Of a stretch of DNA of 64,000 nucleotides, positions 62,201 to 64,000 are shown one piece after another (positions within the stretch are counted from its first letter, which is position 1; the number at the start of each line of letters is the position of its first letter). This DNA comes from Nemertoderma westbladi. Its lineage: Eukaryota; Animalia; Xenacoelomorpha. The notes under the pieces are model-generated. The model did not search any database and was not told the DNA's origin. It saw nothing but the letters and a program-made list of their open reading frames with translations. The position numbers and the translations under genes were made by a program. The stretch covers positions 13,479 through 77,478 of the forward strand of contig JAUCBJ010009074.1 of NCBI GenBank assembly GCA_032718475.1, given 5' to 3'.

Positions 62201-63478
62201 ACCAAACTCAGCCTAAGAGACTCAGCTGCGGAGAAGTTAGACGGCGCGGGATTCGCCCTTTTCAAGGACGTTTGTATACAGAACTTCCATTCATCTGTTA
62301 TACAAAGACCTCGAATACCCACGGGTTATTCTGTCGTGGAAGTTCAGACAGTGGGTTCGCTTGCGGAGACAGCCGCACCTATCTCAACTATGCAATTGGA
62401 AGACGAACCAATATGCTTAGAATCTGAGGAGATTCAACCTACAGCGCCCCGGAGCAGCGATAACGACTACGTCTTGGAATGGTATCAAGGTCCACAATGT
62501 CTCACCGCATACGATTATCGGCACGCCAACTATGTTTCTCGAAAGCGTTGCCGATTATGCGCATCGAGAGATCATTTCACCCCTATGGACTCAGACGTAC
62601 CCTGCTCCTATTTCCATGAACAACCGATGATGGAGATCTATTGTGCGTATTGCAGACTCAATAACTCGCACATTTTTGCAGTCTGCCCCCAATTTATGAC
62701 TCAATGCCACCACTGTCAACTTAAAGGACATGCCAGTTTTAATTGCCCTTTTAACCGCGATCTGGAAAGCGTAGATGAGATGATTACCCTGCGCTACATC
62801 CGAGCTTGGGAAGCGAACGCGGATTTACATTGTGAGTCACGCCATCGCTATTACCCTGGACGCGCCTACGAAGGAGTTTACGCGTTCCATCCTTATCTAT
62901 TCGCGTCTGTTGAACAAAAAACACGCACACCGAGTTACGAACTAATGAAGCGTGTTGGTGAGTGTATTTCCACCAAATTTGTTCGAAAATATCTCAGGAA
63001 CGTCAATCCTAACGATATTAATTCATACCATTTGATCAATTTCATCCGTCAAGACCCTGAGTATGGCGATTTATTTATCAACTCGCACCCTGAGTTACAG
63101 GAAGTATCTCGACGGCCCTACGAATATCGAGCCCGAGAACGCGAGCTGGAAAGAACCATTAAACCGAGGAAGTTTCTCACCACTCACGGTCCACCTACCG
63201 CTATTGTCCAGACGACTCGTCAGGGACCAGTAGGAGCTGCTGTCCTAAGACGCGCCCTAAAGGCCGTTAGACCTCGCTCCACTGAAGTTGATATCGATCA
63301 ACCAGGTACCTCGACCGGCGGATACACCGATCGTAATCCTAAACCTTCTGATGCAATTGTATTGCACCCTTCACCCAGGAGTTATAGCCCTCCTAGTAAA
63401 GTGGCTCGCCCCAAAGAGAAAAGGACTCTTGCTAGCCTCAAAAAACTGCGTAAACGCCGTCCGCGTAAGAAAGACTAA
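59225..63478 (+). pseudogene. Single ~1417-codon accessory gene with three in-frame stops: DEDD (WRN/EXD-like) 3'-5' exonuclease domain + CCHC zinc knuckles + basic tail
   Basis: ORFs 59225, 60413, 61178 and 62153 are all in one frame, separated only by TGA (60344), TAA (61157) and TAA (62135). The paralog has CGA at the first stop. Motifs: VVTYDNEG; LPQPVLEMLFNERILKIGSAVYGD; FVDTQ; CAYCRLNNSHIFAVC; CHHCQLKGHASFNC; KKLRKRRPRKKD. Confidence 0.8.
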
Positions 63479-63546
63479 CTGTTTAGAGTATTTTTATATT
63501 TTAGAAACTGTGATTTTTTATATTTTATAGAATTAAATCCCATTTT

Positions 63547-63556
63547 CTGGGAGCGG
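63547..63556 (+). promoter_or_regulatory. Short polypurine-tract-like primer site
   Basis: ctgggagcgg directly precedes the 3' LTR TGT and is identical in the degenerate copy (27937-27946). Confidence 0.7.
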
Positions 63557-64000
63557 TGTAAAGGCTTTTGCGGAATTAGCTGGTTATTTTCCCCGCAAAG
63601 TACTCTGTAGTTGTTTTAACGGACATAAAAAGCCGTTTCCTTACTGTACCGGTGTTTTAGTGGACATAAAAAGCCATTTCTTCTGTATGTGTACTTTAGC
63701 GGACATAACTAGCGATTTTATGTCGCAATAAGCCAAATACTCTAAACATCGGAACTCAGATGACGACATCTATCAGCTGTGTCCACGTGTAACATTTCTT
63801 TGTTCTTTGTTCGTTCTTTGTTCGGTCGACCAATCAGAGCGGTTTTCACTCTGTGTTGGAGATTGTATACAGAAACTCATGCAATTCAGTCAGTGTGTGT
63901 ATTTTTCCTGATGCCAGAAGACCGGCTTTGGAATTTCTGTGTTTCAGGCTTTAGCCAAACATTAGTAGGCTTGATCATAGAAACGTATAACTGTTATCTC
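63557..64000 (+). repeat. 3' LTR (truncated by window end)
   Basis: 441 of 444 bases identical to 50201-50644 by manual comparison. Confidence 0.97.

Larger units (their letters stand above)
50201..64000 (+). mobile_element. BEL/Pao LTR retrotransposon, recent insertion, non-autonomous, with large extra 3' ORF; extends beyond the window
   Basis: Two LTRs starting TGTAAAGGC (50201, 63557) with 3 mismatches over the 444 bp visible, a PPT before the 3' LTR, and Pao-type gag and integrase. Confidence 0.95.

Noticed and set aside
62540-62750. Nanos-type zinc finger
   Set aside because: Spacings (C-x2-C-x5-H-x4-C and C-x2-C-x4-H-x4-C) fit generic zinc knuckles, not the longer Nanos spacings.
59225-63478. 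Four-gene operon or env gene
   Set aside because: All four ORFs share one frame, the downstream starts are non-ATG, and the paralog has a sense codon at the first stop. No signal peptide or TM segment is evident.

Overview
AT-rich eukaryotic (probably invertebrate) repeat-dense genomic DNA with no intact host gene. 1-20162 is a ~415-bp satellite array with higher-order structure and a 100-N assembly gap. 20163-33443 holds relics: a TAG...CTA-ended TIR element (Academ-like), an RTE endonuclease fragment, a HECT-domain pseudogene, a degenerate partial copy of the LTR element described below, an LRR pseudogene and a 5'-truncated RTE LINE. About 34036-49620 is one intron-containing THAP/P-element-type transposase pseudogene on the minus strand. 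It is split by a Harbinger-like MITE, two divergent LINEs inserted about 4 bp apart, and a 3.8-kb TIR element with a TTAT TSD. 50201-64000 is a young BEL/Pao LTR retrotransposon. Its gag-pol ORF is open but lacks protease and most of RT/RNase H. In the env position it carries what reads as one ~1417-codon accessory gene, broken by three point stops, with a WRN/EXD-like DEDD 3'-5' exonuclease domain, tandem CCHC zinc knuckles and a basic C-terminal NLS-like tail. This accessory module is the most novel-looking signal. All assignments come from motif recognition by eye; no database searches were run.
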